Positions 20,624-30,159 are shown, counted from the first letter of the stretch. The stretch: 64,000 nt of DNA from an uncultured Gammaproteobacteria bacterium (GCA_964592785.1 CAZQHU010000003.1:3901-67900); one strand, 5' to 3'. The notes: a model not told the origin generated them from the letters alone. Numbers and translations are program-made.

Positions 20624-21001
20624 CTAATCAAGCTCCAAAATATATTTTTTAAATTTAATTGTTTTGGCTTCACGATCAAGATAAACGCTCACGTGTTCAA
20701 AACGCATCTCTGTATCATACATATCTATATTTTTATATTGGCAATACTGTTTAGCGGCAAAAAATAATTTTTTCATCTTCAGCTGGTCAGTAGCTTGTTC
20801 GGCATTGGCAAATTCTTCCCAATAAGTTCTGGTTTTTACTTCTATAAAACAGATAGCTTCGCCTTGTTTCCCCACAATATCTATTTCTCCACCTACTGCA
20901 TAAAAATTGCGATCCAAAATCTCATAACCCTGACGGATTAAAAAAGAGCACGCTTGGCTCTCTCCCCACTGGCCTATCTTTTTTCCATCTACTGAACACA
21001 C
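20624..21001 (-). CDS. yraN: YraN/UPF0102 family endonuclease
   Basis: GESQACSFLIRQGYEILDRNF...GEIDIV...FIEVKTR. Confidence 0.75.
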   Translation of the reverse strand: MCSVDGKKIGQWGESQACSFLIRQGYEILDRNFYAVGGEIDIVGKQGEAICFIEVKTRTYWEEFANAEQATDQLKMKKLFFAAKQYCQYKNIDMYDTEMRFEHVSVYLDREAKTIKFKKYILELD

Positions 21002-21053
21002 AAATAATAATTTAAAATTAAAATATTAAAAATTTTAAATTAAAAATTCAACA

Positions 21054-21608
21054 TCAGTCATGTTTAAACAACACCAACCCATGATGATACGGCCCCATGT
21101 CAAACTCTTCCTGAACTACGAAGCCGTGCAAAGTACACCAGCGCTTTATATCTGAAAAATCCACATAGCGCTCGCTTGGCGGCGCAAAAGGTAAACCACG
21201 TTTCGACCAATCAACCACCAAGAGTCTGGCTTTATCTTTTAATAAACGCCAAGCTTCTTCCAAAATAGCATGCCGGTTGTCGGACTGGTTTAGAACATTG
21301 ATAACAAAGGCTGCATCCAAACTGCGTGAAGGAATAGCTGTATGCCCCACTGCTTCCAAATTGGACCAAACTGTTTGTACTGCCGGCAGACATTCCATAT
21401 CAGCTCGTTTTTTAATTTCTGCCAAAATATCTTTCAAAACATCAACTGCATAAACAATGCCTCGCTCTCCCACAAAAGCTGCTGCTGGAAAAACCACATG
21501 ACCAACGCGACCGCAACCCAAATCAGCTATATGCATACCCGGATGTAGCTTGGCTTTGAGAAAAAGTTCTTCTACATCTATCAATTGACTGCCAGAGCTA
21601 TAAGTCAT
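21054..21608 (-). CDS. Class I SAM-dependent methyltransferase
   Basis: HIADLGCGRVGH glycine-rich SAM motif. Start trimmed to MTYSSG. Confidence 0.6.
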   Translation of the reverse strand: MTYSSGSQLIDVEELFLKAKLHPGMHIADLGCGRVGHVVFPAAAFVGERGIVYAVDVLKDILAEIKKRADMECLPAVQTVWSNLEAVGHTAIPSRSLDAAFVINVLNQSDNRHAILEEAWRLLKDKARLLVVDWSKRGLPFAPPSERYVDFSDIKRWCTLHGFVVQEEFDMGPYHHGLVLFKHD

Positions 21609-21612
21609 ATTT

Positions 21613-21861
21613 TTAAATTCCAAAAGTAAACAAACGGCCGACTGTGCCCATAATAAAACCACCCAAAAGCCCGGTCATACCCATCATGGCAATAAAAATT
21701 ATTGCCAAGCCGATTAACTTATAAAGCGTGCGAGTGCCACCGCTTGTACCAAAATGTTCTTCAGCCCAAGCGCTGTTCCCAAAATTTTGAATAAACCACT
21801 CAGTTTTCACTACCAAAAAAATTCCTATAGCCAAGCCCAATAGACCAAGAAAATATTTCAT
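21613..21861 (-). CDS. Small 2-TM membrane protein
   Basis: ORF track. Confidence 0.45.
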   Translation of the reverse strand: MKYFLGLLGLAIGIFLVVKTEWFIQNFGNSAWAEEHFGTSGGTRTLYKLIGLAIIFIAMMGMTGLLGGFIMGTVGRLFTFGI

Positions 21862-21915
21862 AAAAACCTAATGATAATATAATTATAATACCGGTTTAAA
21901 ATACTGACAAGAATT

Positions 21916-22908
21916 TTATCTTATACCCACCAGTTCCCGTACTTCTTCCATGGTTTCCGAAGCAATAATTTTGGCTTTTTCTTTACCTCGGAGCAAAATT
22001 TTTGCCAATTTATCAAAATCATCAGAAAGCAACTGATCCCGTCGCATTCGAAACTCAGCAAAATGATCCGCGATTGCTTCTGCCAATTCATTTTTCAAAT
22101 CTCCATAAAGAATAGTACCGGCTTTTTCTGCTCTTACAAACTTCTCATAAGTTTCCTGACTGCCAAAATTCTTAAGCAACAATAAGAGATTAGCAACACC
22201 CGGAGCCTTTTCTCCACCTTCGGTAGCTGTTACCGCTCTTTTTATTTTCTTCAAAATAATTTCCGGCGCATCGCCAATATTGATCACGTGATTGTCTCCC
22301 AGACTCTTACTCATCTTCTTCTCTGGTTCCAGAAGACTCATAACTTTGGGAATATCAGTAAGCAAGGCTTTGGCTTCAGGAAAATAATTTTTTTCAAAGC
22401 GATTATTAAACCAACGTGCTATATCACGAGTCAGCTCCACATGTTGAACTTGATCTTGGCCCACTGGCACAGTATCACCATGATAAAGTAAAATATCCGC
22501 GGCCTGAAGAATCGGATAAGTAAGCAAACCGGCATTAATATTTTTTTCTTGCCTAACTGACTTGTCTTTGAATTGTGTCATGCGATAAAGCTCGCTGATC
22601 GGCGTTACACAATTCAAAATCCAGGCCAGATCAGTGTGGGAAGTAATATCTGATTGAATAAAAAAAGTGGTTTTATCTGGATCAATGCCAGCAGCCAATA
22701 ACTCTGCTGCCAAACGCATAATTTGATGTCTTCTGTCTTCAGATTTCATATTGCCGGTAAGAGAATGTAAATCGGCAATAAAAATATACATTTCATATTT
22801 GCCCGAATTCTGTAAATCCACCCAGTTTTTCACAGCACCCAAATAATTACCTACATGAAGACTACCAGTAGGTTGAATACCAGAAACGATTACTTGTTTT
22901 TTAGGCAT
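21916..22908 (-). CDS. trpS: Tryptophanyl-tRNA synthetase
   Basis: Class I HIGH-like motif (TGSLHVGN) and KMSKS. Confidence 0.9.
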   Translation of the reverse strand: MPKKQVIVSGIQPTGSLHVGNYLGAVKNWVDLQNSGKYEMYIFIADLHSLTGNMKSEDRRHQIMRLAAELLAAGIDPDKTTFFIQSDITSHTDLAWILNCVTPISELYRMTQFKDKSVRQEKNINAGLLTYPILQAADILLYHGDTVPVGQDQVQHVELTRDIARWFNNRFEKNYFPEAKALLTDIPKVMSLLEPEKKMSKSLGDNHVINIGDAPEIILKKIKRAVTATEGGEKAPGVANLLLLLKNFGSQETYEKFVRAEKAGTILYGDLKNELAEAIADHFAEFRMRRDQLLSDDFDKLAKILLRGKEKAKIIASETMEEVRELVGIR

Positions 22909-22956
22909 AAAATTGTTATTTATTTACACCTATATTTTACCCAATTTAGCAAAAAA

Positions 22957-24090
22957 TCACAAGTTTATTCTCTCTGCCACATAATCCACGTCTTTGTCGC
23001 CTCGACCAGAAAGATTAACAATGATGATTTTACTCTTATCCAAAATTGGCGCCAATTTTATGGCCTCGGCCAAAGCATGTGAACTTTCCAAAGCCGGAAT
23101 AATACCTTCTGTCCTTGATAATTCTTGAAAAGCGTTTAGAGCTTCTGTATCATTAGCCGTCTTATACTCTACCCTACCCAAATCTTTTAAATATGAATGC
23201 TCTGGACCAACCCCCGGATAATCAAGACCTGAAGCAAGAGAATGCACAGGCGCTGGTTCACCAGATTCATCTTGAAGTAAATAAGTCACCATCCCATGCA
23301 AAATGCCCGGCTTGCCCAAAGTCAGCGTGGCTGCATGTTCTCCTAGTTTAAAACTCTTGCCGGCTGGCTCTACACCAATCATCTTTACTGTGGAATCATC
23401 CAAAAATTCATTAAAAAGTCCAATCGCATTGGAACCACCACCCACACAGGCAATCAAATAATCTGGTAATCTTTTTTCTTGTGTCAAAATTTGTTCCCGA
23501 GCTTCTCGTCCAACTACCGACTGGAAATCTCGCACCATTCCTGGATAAGGATGAGGCCCAACGACCGAACCAATGCCAAAAAAAGTATTTTGATAATCCT
23601 GCATATAAGCACCAAAAGCACTATCCACCGCATCTTTCAAACAACGCCCACCAGAATTTACTTCCACTACCTTGGCGCCAAGAAGTCTCATGCGAATAAC
23701 ATTGGGATGTTGTTTGGCAACATCAATCGCCCCCATATGAATCTCACACTCCAAACCAACAATGGCCGCCGCCGTGGCCAAAGCCACACCATGCTGGCCA
23801 GCACCGGTTTCTGCCAAGAGTTTTTTCTTGCCCAAACGTTTGGCCAAGAGCGCCTCACCCAAAGTGTGATTGATTTTATGTGCCCCCGTATGATTTAAAT
23901 CTTCGCGCTTCAAATAAATTTTGGCTCCGCCCAATTTAGCTGTCAGATTTTTGGCAAAATAAAGTGGCGAAGGACGACCCACATAATTTTTTAACAAATC
24001 TTCGTATTCATGAATAAATTCCGGATCATTTTTTGCTTTTTCATATTCACACGCTACTTCGTCCAAGGCTGGTTTTAATTGTGGTGGCAC
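22957..24090 (-). CDS. trpB: Tryptophan synthase beta chain (stand-alone TrpB)
   Basis: PLP-dependent TrpB motifs ([17 protein letters not shown]). GTG start. Confidence 0.85.
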   Translation of the reverse strand: MPPQLKPALDEVACEYEKAKNDPEFIHEYEDLLKNYVGRPSPLYFAKNLTAKLGGAKIYLKREDLNHTGAHKINHTLGEALLAKRLGKKKLLAETGAGQHGVALATAAAIVGLECEIHMGAIDVAKQHPNVIRMRLLGAKVVEVNSGGRCLKDAVDSAFGAYMQDYQNTFFGIGSVVGPHPYPGMVRDFQSVVGREAREQILTQEKRLPDYLIACVGGGSNAIGLFNEFLDDSTVKMIGVEPAGKSFKLGEHAATLTLGKPGILHGMVTYLLQDESGEPAPVHSLASGLDYPGVGPEHSYLKDLGRVEYKTANDTEALNAFQELSRTEGIIPALESSHALAEAIKLAPILDKSKIIIVNLSGRGDKDVDYVAERINL

Positions 24091-24194
24091 GAGTTGTCCA
24101 CCATACTCTCCAAAATAACCAGAACTACTTGGTAAAGATTTAAATAAATTAAATTTTTTTTTTTTAATTTTTTTAAATTTAAATTTAATAAATT

Positions 24195-24370
24195 ATTTTT
24201 TTTTTTCTGGGCCCCCCCCCGCAACTGCGGGGCGCTCCACTAACCAGGACTCGACCCTAACAGCCGAGCAATGTCTTACCCTCCCGCCTCATCTGCTCTA
24301 GAACTTTGAGAAACATCGCGTAGCTGTAAGGACGTGGATCCATGGTCATGCCTCCCCATAAAGAACGAAC
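24195..24370. ncRNA. GC-rich (about 60%) structured element of unknown class between yerC and trpB-trpS
   Basis: Flanked by an extreme AT-rich, low-complexity stretch. It matched neither tmRNA, RNase P, SRP, T-box nor tRNA signatures when checked by eye. Confidence 0.3.
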
Positions 24371-24398
24371 AAAAAAACGTCCGGCTTAGGGCCGGACG
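24371..24398 (-). terminator. Intrinsic terminator of yerC
   Basis: Minus strand reads CGTCCGGCcctaaGCCGGACG followed by TTTTTTT. Confidence 0.6.
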
Positions 24399-24495
24399 AT
24401 GTTCACCAAAACACCATCAAACTAGACCCTTCGCCAGAGAAGATATTGCCACCAAGCAAATTGTCTAGTTTGACTATTTTTCATATAAATTCTCG

Positions 24496-24789
24496 TCATT
24501 CCCGCGTCGGCGGAAATCTTTTATTTTTTAAAATCTTATAAAAACCACCTTTTTTATCTAACATCTCTCGCGCTCCTCGCTCTACTTTGGAAATACTCAC
24601 CGCGAGCTTCTTGGCGACTTCACGTTGAGTCAAACCTTGATGTAGGAGTTTCACAATCTGCAAGCGCATGACCACATCTTTTATTTCCGCCGGAGTAAGT
24701 AAATCCGCCAAAAAATCTTCCATCAATTTTTCATCTTTAATACCTACTAAAACTTTTAATAATTCTTTTTTGGCTTGAACAAAACCCAT
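24496..24789 (-). CDS. yerC: TrpR-like YerC/YecD family DNA-binding protein
   Basis: 97-aa protein with the conserved C-terminal HTH (LTQREVAKKLAVSISKVERG). Confidence 0.75.
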   Translation of the reverse strand: MGFVQAKKELLKVLVGIKDEKLMEDFLADLLTPAEIKDVVMRLQIVKLLHQGLTQREVAKKLAVSISKVERGAREMLDKKGGFYKILKNKRFPPTRE

Positions 24790-24867
24790 ACATTATTACT
24801 TTATAAACTTTTTAACTTTACAAACTTTAAACTACCCCGTACTGCTGTACCAGTACAAAAGTATTAT

Positions 24868-24902
24868 ATAAAATAAAAAACCAGCCGTCAATCGACGGCT
24901 GG
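24868..24902 (-). terminator. Intrinsic terminator (or attenuator) at the 3' end of the GC-rich leader
   Basis: Minus strand reads CCAGCCGTCgattGACGGCTGG followed by TTTTTTATTTTAT. Confidence 0.6.
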
Positions 24903-24904
24903 GG

Positions 24905-25150
24905 ATAAAATTGAGCCTATACGAATTTTTTTGGGGAGGTGGACTGCTGCGCCAGTCCACCCCAAGTCTTGCGCTGCGTTCCCCTACTCGCAGAGGGGCG
25001 GTGGAGACGAAGATTGTCTGGGTGTTTATCCCTAAATACCTTCACTTTTCTTCGTCTACCCCGACGGGCCGGTAGGTTGGGACGTCGTCGCCCTACAACA
25101 CCACCACGCAGCGGCTGGAACGGCTGGCCATAGAGCACCTCCTGTTGGCC
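24905..25150 (-). ncRNA. GC-rich (about 60%) structured leader RNA upstream of yerC; riboswitch- or attenuator-like, class unknown
   Basis: Own promoter, AGGAGG SD plus a 12-codon ORF (MASRSSRCVVVL), mutually exclusive helices sharing one GGGG run, an anti-SD CACCTCC, and a terminator about 80 nt before yerC. Confidence 0.45.
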
Positions 25151-25159
25151 ATTACAAAA

Positions 25160-25188
25160 ATATTACTAAATAACCAATAAAAAAGCAA
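25160..25188 (-). promoter_or_regulatory. Promoter TTGCTT-17-TAATAT driving the leader and yerC
   Basis: Minus strand reads aaacTTGCTTttttattggttatttagTAATATttttgta. Confidence 0.5.
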
Positions 25189-25334
25189 GTTTATAAAAAA
25201 TTTTATAAATATAAATAAAGGCTAAACACCACCCTTGAAAAAGATAATTACTTATGTTAAATTTAGTTTAGACAAACACACTCGGAATGGTCCGGGTGGT
25301 GCAACTATGTCTTGCTTCGAAAAGGAGGAACACG

Positions 25335-25601
25335 ATGTACATGGGCATGACGTTCACATTTCCAAAGGAAGGTGTAGAGGATATGTTGACGGCCTTGCGG
25401 ACGTTACGGGGAGTCACCCAGGTGATGGTGCAGGAACCGTACATACCTGTACACCCAACGATCTTTGTCCTTGTCAAGGTGGAAAAAGGGCAAGAATCTG
25501 AAATGCAACGCTATTTCTCAGCTCTTCTCTCGGCCACATGTGGCCGAGATATCCACGACCTGCGTTTCTTCAAAGTCCATGTCTACCCCAATCAGGGGTG
25601 A
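25335..25601 (+). CDS. GC-rich small ORF of 88 aa (cassette c)
   Basis: AAGGAGG lies 6 nt upstream of ATG 25335. The region is about 50% GC. It is followed by the conserved 45-nt 3' module and a terminator. Confidence 0.5.
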   Translation: MYMGMTFTFPKEGVEDMLTALRTLRGVTQVMVQEPYIPVHPTIFVLVKVEKGQESEMQRYFSALLSATCGRDIHDLRFFKVHVYPNQG

Positions 25602-25677
25602 CCTATCTTCGACTGGGTACACCAATCGCACTTTTCCAACTTCGTTGGAGCACCTGAACCTGGAGGATTCAGGGTGA

Positions 25678-25745
25678 CTCAAGTGTTTATAAGTATTTTG
25701 TAAATAGTTGAGAATAAAAAATCCCGATTATATCGGGATTTTACT
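25678..25745 (+). repeat. Conserved cassette 3' module, copy A (caagtgtttataagtattttgtaaatagttgagaataaaaaat plus terminator hairpin)
   Basis: Near-identical to 35240-35306 and 35848-35925. The hairpin sequences differ but the structure is conserved (cccgattatatcggg). Confidence 0.8.
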
Positions 25746-25758
25746 TTATAAACTTAGT

Positions 25759-27546
25759 TTACACCTCAATCACCACTGGGAGAACCATCGGACGCTTTTC
25801 AGTTTTGCTAAATAAAAATTGTCCAACTTTATCGCGAATATTATTTTTTATCTGGTTGGTATCAGCCCAGCTCATAGGATCAGACTCGATCACCATCTTC
25901 TTTACTTTGTGACGAAGATCTTCTATTAGTTGTTTATTATCTTTCAAGAAAATAAAACCTCGAGAAATAATATCTGGATTTTGAATCAGTTTGCCGGTCT
26001 TACTATCTATAGTAGCAATCACCACCACCATACCGTCTTCAGCCAGAACTTGACGATCGCGAAGCACTACATTTTGAGTATCAGAAACTCCCAAACCATC
26101 TACAAACACATAGTTGGATGGCACTTTTTTATCCAGCATCCGCGCGCCAAACTCACCCACTTCGATGATTGAACCATTGTCTGGCACAAAAATCTTATTG
26201 GCATCAAAACCATTTCGAATTGCCAAATTTCTCGCTTCTTTGAGAAAATAGTGATTGGCATAAACGGGGATAAAATAGGTAGGCCGAATTTGTTTGATCA
26301 TTTCCACAATATCTTCGCGGGTAGCATGACCAGAAACATGCACGTCCATGATCTCACCGTGGATCACATTGTCACACTGACGATAAATATTGTCTTTGAG
26401 ACGTTGAATACTACGCTCATTACCAGGAATAATCGAAGAAGAAAAAATCACGGTATCATTTTTGCGCAAACGAATCTGCTTGTGTTCACCAGTAACAATC
26501 CGCACCAAAACTGCGTTTTCTTCACCTTGAGCGCCAGTACAGATAACCACGATTTGCTTGTCAGGATAGTCATCCACTTTTTTGATATCAATTAACAAAC
26601 CTTTGGGTATATTGATATAGCCAAGTTCTTTGGCAATCTCAATATTCATCTTCATAGAGTAGCCATCGAGCGCCACTTTCTTACCCAGTTTGTCTGCCGC
26701 TTCCAAAACCCATTTGATTCTTTCTATTTGCGAAGAAAAAGTGCCAATGATCACCCGCCCAGGAGCACTGTTCAAAATATTTTGTAAATTTTTGTACATT
26801 TCTTCATAGCTACCAGTATGACGATCATTTAGGGAACCCAAACTCTCAAGCATGAGCACTGTGGGTTTATTTAATTTTTGTAATTGAGAATAATTCAAAG
26901 TCGGCTGACCATTCTTGTCACGTTCCATTGTCCAATCGCCCGGATGAATCACTGTGCCCGAAGGAGTTTCAATGATCACTCCTACTGCATCCATGATCGA
27001 ATGTTCAACTTGAAAAAATTTAATTGTAAATTTACCTAGTTGGATACGATCGCCCACGCTTTTGATAAGAATACTCTTCAAACTCTTGGACATGCCTTTT
27101 TTATAATCTTCCAGCTTATGCTTGATAAGCGCCAAAGTCAGGTTACGGCCTACTACCAGAGGATTACCCAACTTTTCCAGTAAAATAGGGGCCGCCCCAA
27201 TGTGATCCAGATGACCATGAGAAAAAACTACTCCGCGAATATTTTTTTCTTTACCTTGTAAATATTTAGTATTAGGAATGATGTAATCAATCCCGGGCAT
27301 GTCTTCCTCAGGAAATTGAATTCCCATGTCCAAAATAACTATATCATTCTCATATTCAAACATCGTCATATTACGCCCCACTTCTTCACAACCACCAAGG
27401 GGGATGATTCTCAAAACTCCTGGGGCACTACCCTTTTCTTCTGGCGTTAAACGTTTGAATGTTGAAAAACCCGGCTTCTTGTGAGGGTGCTTACTACCGC
27501 CAAAACGCCGCTGGCGTCGTGGCTGTGTTTTTTCTTGTGCTATCAT
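25759..27546 (-). CDS. rnj: Ribonuclease J (beta-CASP metallo-beta-lactamase RNase)
   Basis: HGHLDHIG motif in an MBL/beta-CASP/RMMBL architecture, with a basic N-terminal tail. Confidence 0.9.
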   Translation of the reverse strand: MIAQEKTQPRRQRRFGGSKHPHKKPGFSTFKRLTPEEKGSAPGVLRIIPLGGCEEVGRNMTMFEYENDIVILDMGIQFPEEDMPGIDYIIPNTKYLQGKEKNIRGVVFSHGHLDHIGAAPILLEKLGNPLVVGRNLTLALIKHKLEDYKKGMSKSLKSILIKSVGDRIQLGKFTIKFFQVEHSIMDAVGVIIETPSGTVIHPGDWTMERDKNGQPTLNYSQLQKLNKPTVLMLESLGSLNDRHTGSYEEMYKNLQNILNSAPGRVIIGTFSSQIERIKWVLEAADKLGKKVALDGYSMKMNIEIAKELGYINIPKGLLIDIKKVDDYPDKQIVVICTGAQGEENAVLVRIVTGEHKQIRLRKNDTVIFSSSIIPGNERSIQRLKDNIYRQCDNVIHGEIMDVHVSGHATREDIVEMIKQIRPTYFIPVYANHYFLKEARNLAIRNGFDANKIFVPDNGSIIEVGEFGARMLDKKVPSNYVFVDGLGVSDTQNVVLRDRQVLAEDGMVVVIATIDSKTGKLIQNPDIISRGFIFLKDNKQLIEDLRHKVKKMVIESDPMSWADTNQIKNNIRDKVGQFLFSKTEKRPMVLPVVIEV

Positions 27547-27590
27547 AAAATATTTTATTTTTATTTAAATTAAAAAGAAGAAAAAATTTG

Positions 27591-27674
27591 TACCGCGAGA
27601 GAGACTTGAACTCTCATGGCCTTGCGGCCGCTGACACCTGAAGCCAGTGCGTCTACCAATTTCGCCATCGCGGC
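27591..27674 (-). tRNA. tRNA-Leu (anticodon CAG), type II with a long variable arm
   Basis: Minus strand: GCCGCGA-TG-GCGAAATTGGTAGACGC-A-CTGGC-TTCAGGT-GTCAG-CGGCCGCAAGGCCAT-GAGAG-TTCAAGT-CTCTC-TCGCGGT-A. The acceptor, D, anticodon and T stems all pair. The anticodon loop TTCAGGT gives CAG. Confidence 0.85.
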
Positions 27675-27731
27675 TAAGATTATAAATTTCATTTACCCGC
27701 CAAAGCTTTAGCGACGACGGGCCACAAAAGG

Positions 27732-29729
27732 CTATTTCCCAAAATTCCATTGACCGGCAGTTTTGAGATACCAAGAAGTAATGTCAGCAAACCTGTCAGC
27801 TGGCTGTGCAATGCGAGTGACATCCATACCTTTTATGCTGTCGGATAAAGCATAGGTATAAGTCGGAGTGTAGAGAAAAATCGCTGGCAATTCGCTTATC
27901 AAAGTTTCTTGAAATTTTTTATAAAGTTCATTTTTTTCCAACTCATCCATGGTTTCCCGAGCTTTTTGTAAAATAGTGTCAACATTGCGATTGACATAGC
28001 CGGCCAAATTCAAACCCGGATAATCCACTTGGCTAGAATGCCAAAAAGGAAACTGATCCGGATCACTGCCTACTATTTCACCATATAATAAAATATCATA
28101 ATTTCTGGTTCGCAAAACTTCTTTGGTAAAATCCCGAGCTGAAACATAACGCACATTGGCTTTGACACCAATGCCCTGCCAAAAACCAGCCAAGAGCCCG
28201 GCCGCCTGCTTGTACTCTTCTGTACCCACGGTCACCAAATTTACTTCCAAAATTTTTCCTTCTTTATTACGACGATAAAAAGTTTGAGCTTGATTCAATT
28301 CAGCTTCCACTTGAGTTTTAATCTCTTGTCTCACTAAATCTTCCGTGCTTGAGGCCATCTCCCCACTTCCTTGTTCTGGAGTAGTAGTGGCTGTTTCAGG
28401 ATTATTTTTTCGCCATTCTTCAAAAAGTTTCTTTTCCATTTCGATCTGATAGTCACTGGCTGAAATACGTGGCCAGTTTTTATCCAAAAGATTATTAGCC
28501 TCATCCAAATTGTAATTTATTTTACCCAAATTTTCGTCATAAGCAGGAAAACCCGGCAAAACTGGACTATGAATTACCTGCCCTTCACCATTCAAGGCCT
28601 CACGCAAAATTCTATCTTTATCCACTGCCTGGGCCAAAGCCAAACGAACATCCTTGTCTTTCAAAACTTCATTGTTGCGCTGATTGAAAAATAAAGCTGT
28701 ATACTGAGGTAACTGTAAAGTTCGCAAAGCCACATGTTTACGTTCCACCCGTTCACGCAAATTTTTGGGTACAAAACTCAAACTCTGAACTTTGCCTTCT
28801 CTCATGGCCTGCACAGCCCCTGTCTCTCCTTCATAGGCAGAATAAAATTGGAAAATAAATTCTTCAATAAAAGCTGACTGGCGATAAAAACGTTCAAATC
28901 TTTGCAATTCATAGGTATAGATCTTGCCACTGGAATCTTTGGAAAACTTTTTAAACTGAAAAGGTCCGGTGCCAACTGGCTGAATATTGGCTTGAGCCAA
29001 ACGCATTTGTTCAGGAGGAACATTGAACCAAACATGCTCTGGCAAAATACCCACTGTCAAAGACGAAAGAAATGAAGCATAAACTTCGGGGAGTCTAAAA
29101 ACTACAGTATATTCATCTGGTACTTCCACCTCAACTCCTTGAAAACCCAAATACAAAGGACTGGCCGCCAAAACATTTTGAATAGTTTCAACAGTAAATA
29201 ATACATCATTGGCCGTAAAACGCTCCCCATCATGCCAATAAATGTCCTGGCGTAAAACAAAGGTGTAGGTTTTTTTATCATCACTTAAACTATATTTAAC
29301 TGCCAAATCTGGCAACAAACGATTTTTTTTGTCATAACGCATTAACCCTGAAAAAACCAAACGGCTAATATCCGCATCCACTTCATTACTGGCAGCAAAA
29401 ATCGGGTTGATGTACTGGGGACTGCCCACTACCGCCTCGGTCACGATACCACCAACAGTGGGGGCTTCAAGCCGATGAACTCTAACCCAATTGTAACCCG
29501 CCCAAAAAAAACCAAATAAAAAAACTAAAAAACTTATTTTCAAAATCCATTTTTCACGCGGACTCAAAATCCTGGCAATCTGACGCAACTGACAAAAACG
29601 AGGCCAATATCGACCCTGAACCTTTTGTAAAAGTTTGGTATCATAATGATGGGCAACAATCGGCCGTGGATTTTTCCTTTGTTTTTTAATTTTCCATTTG
29701 ACAAACTTGGATCGAAGTAACGATAACAT
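27732..29729 (-). CDS. ABC transporter substrate-binding protein, family 5 (OppA/DppA-like), with an N-terminal membrane anchor
   Basis: SBP_bac_5-like sequence of about 665 aa. Confidence 0.75.
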   Translation of the reverse strand: MLSLLRSKFVKWKIKKQRKNPRPIVAHHYDTKLLQKVQGRYWPRFCQLRQIARILSPREKWILKISFLVFLFGFFWAGYNWVRVHRLEAPTVGGIVTEAVVGSPQYINPIFAASNEVDADISRLVFSGLMRYDKKNRLLPDLAVKYSLSDDKKTYTFVLRQDIYWHDGERFTANDVLFTVETIQNVLAASPLYLGFQGVEVEVPDEYTVVFRLPEVYASFLSSLTVGILPEHVWFNVPPEQMRLAQANIQPVGTGPFQFKKFSKDSSGKIYTYELQRFERFYRQSAFIEEFIFQFYSAYEGETGAVQAMREGKVQSLSFVPKNLRERVERKHVALRTLQLPQYTALFFNQRNNEVLKDKDVRLALAQAVDKDRILREALNGEGQVIHSPVLPGFPAYDENLGKINYNLDEANNLLDKNWPRISASDYQIEMEKKLFEEWRKNNPETATTTPEQGSGEMASSTEDLVRQEIKTQVEAELNQAQTFYRRNKEGKILEVNLVTVGTEEYKQAAGLLAGFWQGIGVKANVRYVSARDFTKEVLRTRNYDILLYGEIVGSDPDQFPFWHSSQVDYPGLNLAGYVNRNVDTILQKARETMDELEKNELYKKFQETLISELPAIFLYTPTYTYALSDSIKGMDVTRIAQPADRFADITSWYLKTAGQWNFGK

Positions 29730-29780
29730 AATAATAACCTTTCCCCACTTGAGGAAAGTAGAAGAAAAACACTGCCTCTA

Positions 29781-29996
29781 TTATATCATTAAATTGGCAA
29801 TAGAAACAGCAAAGAAAAGAATAGAGATAACAATTGTCACTTGAAAAAGCACTTTATCAACTCCACGACGGCTATTATAAACACTGCCACCGCCTCCAAA
29901 GGCACTGCCCAAACCTGAACCACGCTGTTGTAAAAGCACGGCCACGGTCAATAAAATCGCTAAAACTGCCTGTAAAACTGTCAAAACTTTATCCAT
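29781..29996 (-). CDS. secG: Preprotein translocase subunit SecG
   Basis: 71 aa, two TM helices, Gly-rich loop (GSGLGSAFGGGGS). Confidence 0.75.
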   Translation of the reverse strand: MDKVLTVLQAVLAILLTVAVLLQQRGSGLGSAFGGGGSVYNSRRGVDKVLFQVTIVISILFFAVSIANLMI

Positions 29997-30106
29997 AGAT
30001 GTTATTATAATACCCCTCTATTCGAGGTTCTATTAACTGATTTATTTTTTAAGACAAAACAATTATACACCAAGGCCAAAAATAAATCAAGGGGGATACG
30101 CCCCTA

Positions 30107-30135
30107 TTGACAACTTAAGCCACTTTTGCTATAAT
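30107..30135 (+). promoter_or_regulatory. Consensus sigma70 promoter TTGACA-17-TATAAT for rpmE
   Basis: TTGACAacttaagccacttttgcTATAAT lies 25 nt upstream of the ATG. Confidence 0.65.
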
Positions 30136-30159
30136 CACCGCACTTTAATATAAATAAAT

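Noticed and set aside
24195-24400. Possible tmRNA, RNase P RNA, SRP RNA, T-box or tRNA in the GC-rich element
   Set aside because: CCGGCTTA at 24385 resembles the RNase P P4 3' strand, but it is simply part of the yerC terminator hairpin and no matching P4 5' strand exists. No tRNA-like T-arm plus acceptor or tag-peptide reading frame for tmRNA. No GGAA-tetraloop domain IV for SRP. No AGGGUGGNACCGCG T-box sequence. No regular (G/U)AG TRAP repeats.
24917-25138. 73-aa Arg-rich ORF (minus strand) and 64-aa ORF (plus strand) in the GC-rich leader
   Set aside because: The GTG start overlaps the SD. The Arg/Pro/Gly-rich composition is what 60% GC random sequence gives. The segment is bounded by its own promoter and terminator and forms strong helices. 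It is better explained as structured RNA, with at most a 12-codon leader peptide.
27565-27774. 69-aa track ORF on the minus strand
   Set aside because: It overlaps the well-folded tRNA-Leu(CAG) at 27591-27674 and has no SD. It is a spurious ORF across a structured RNA.
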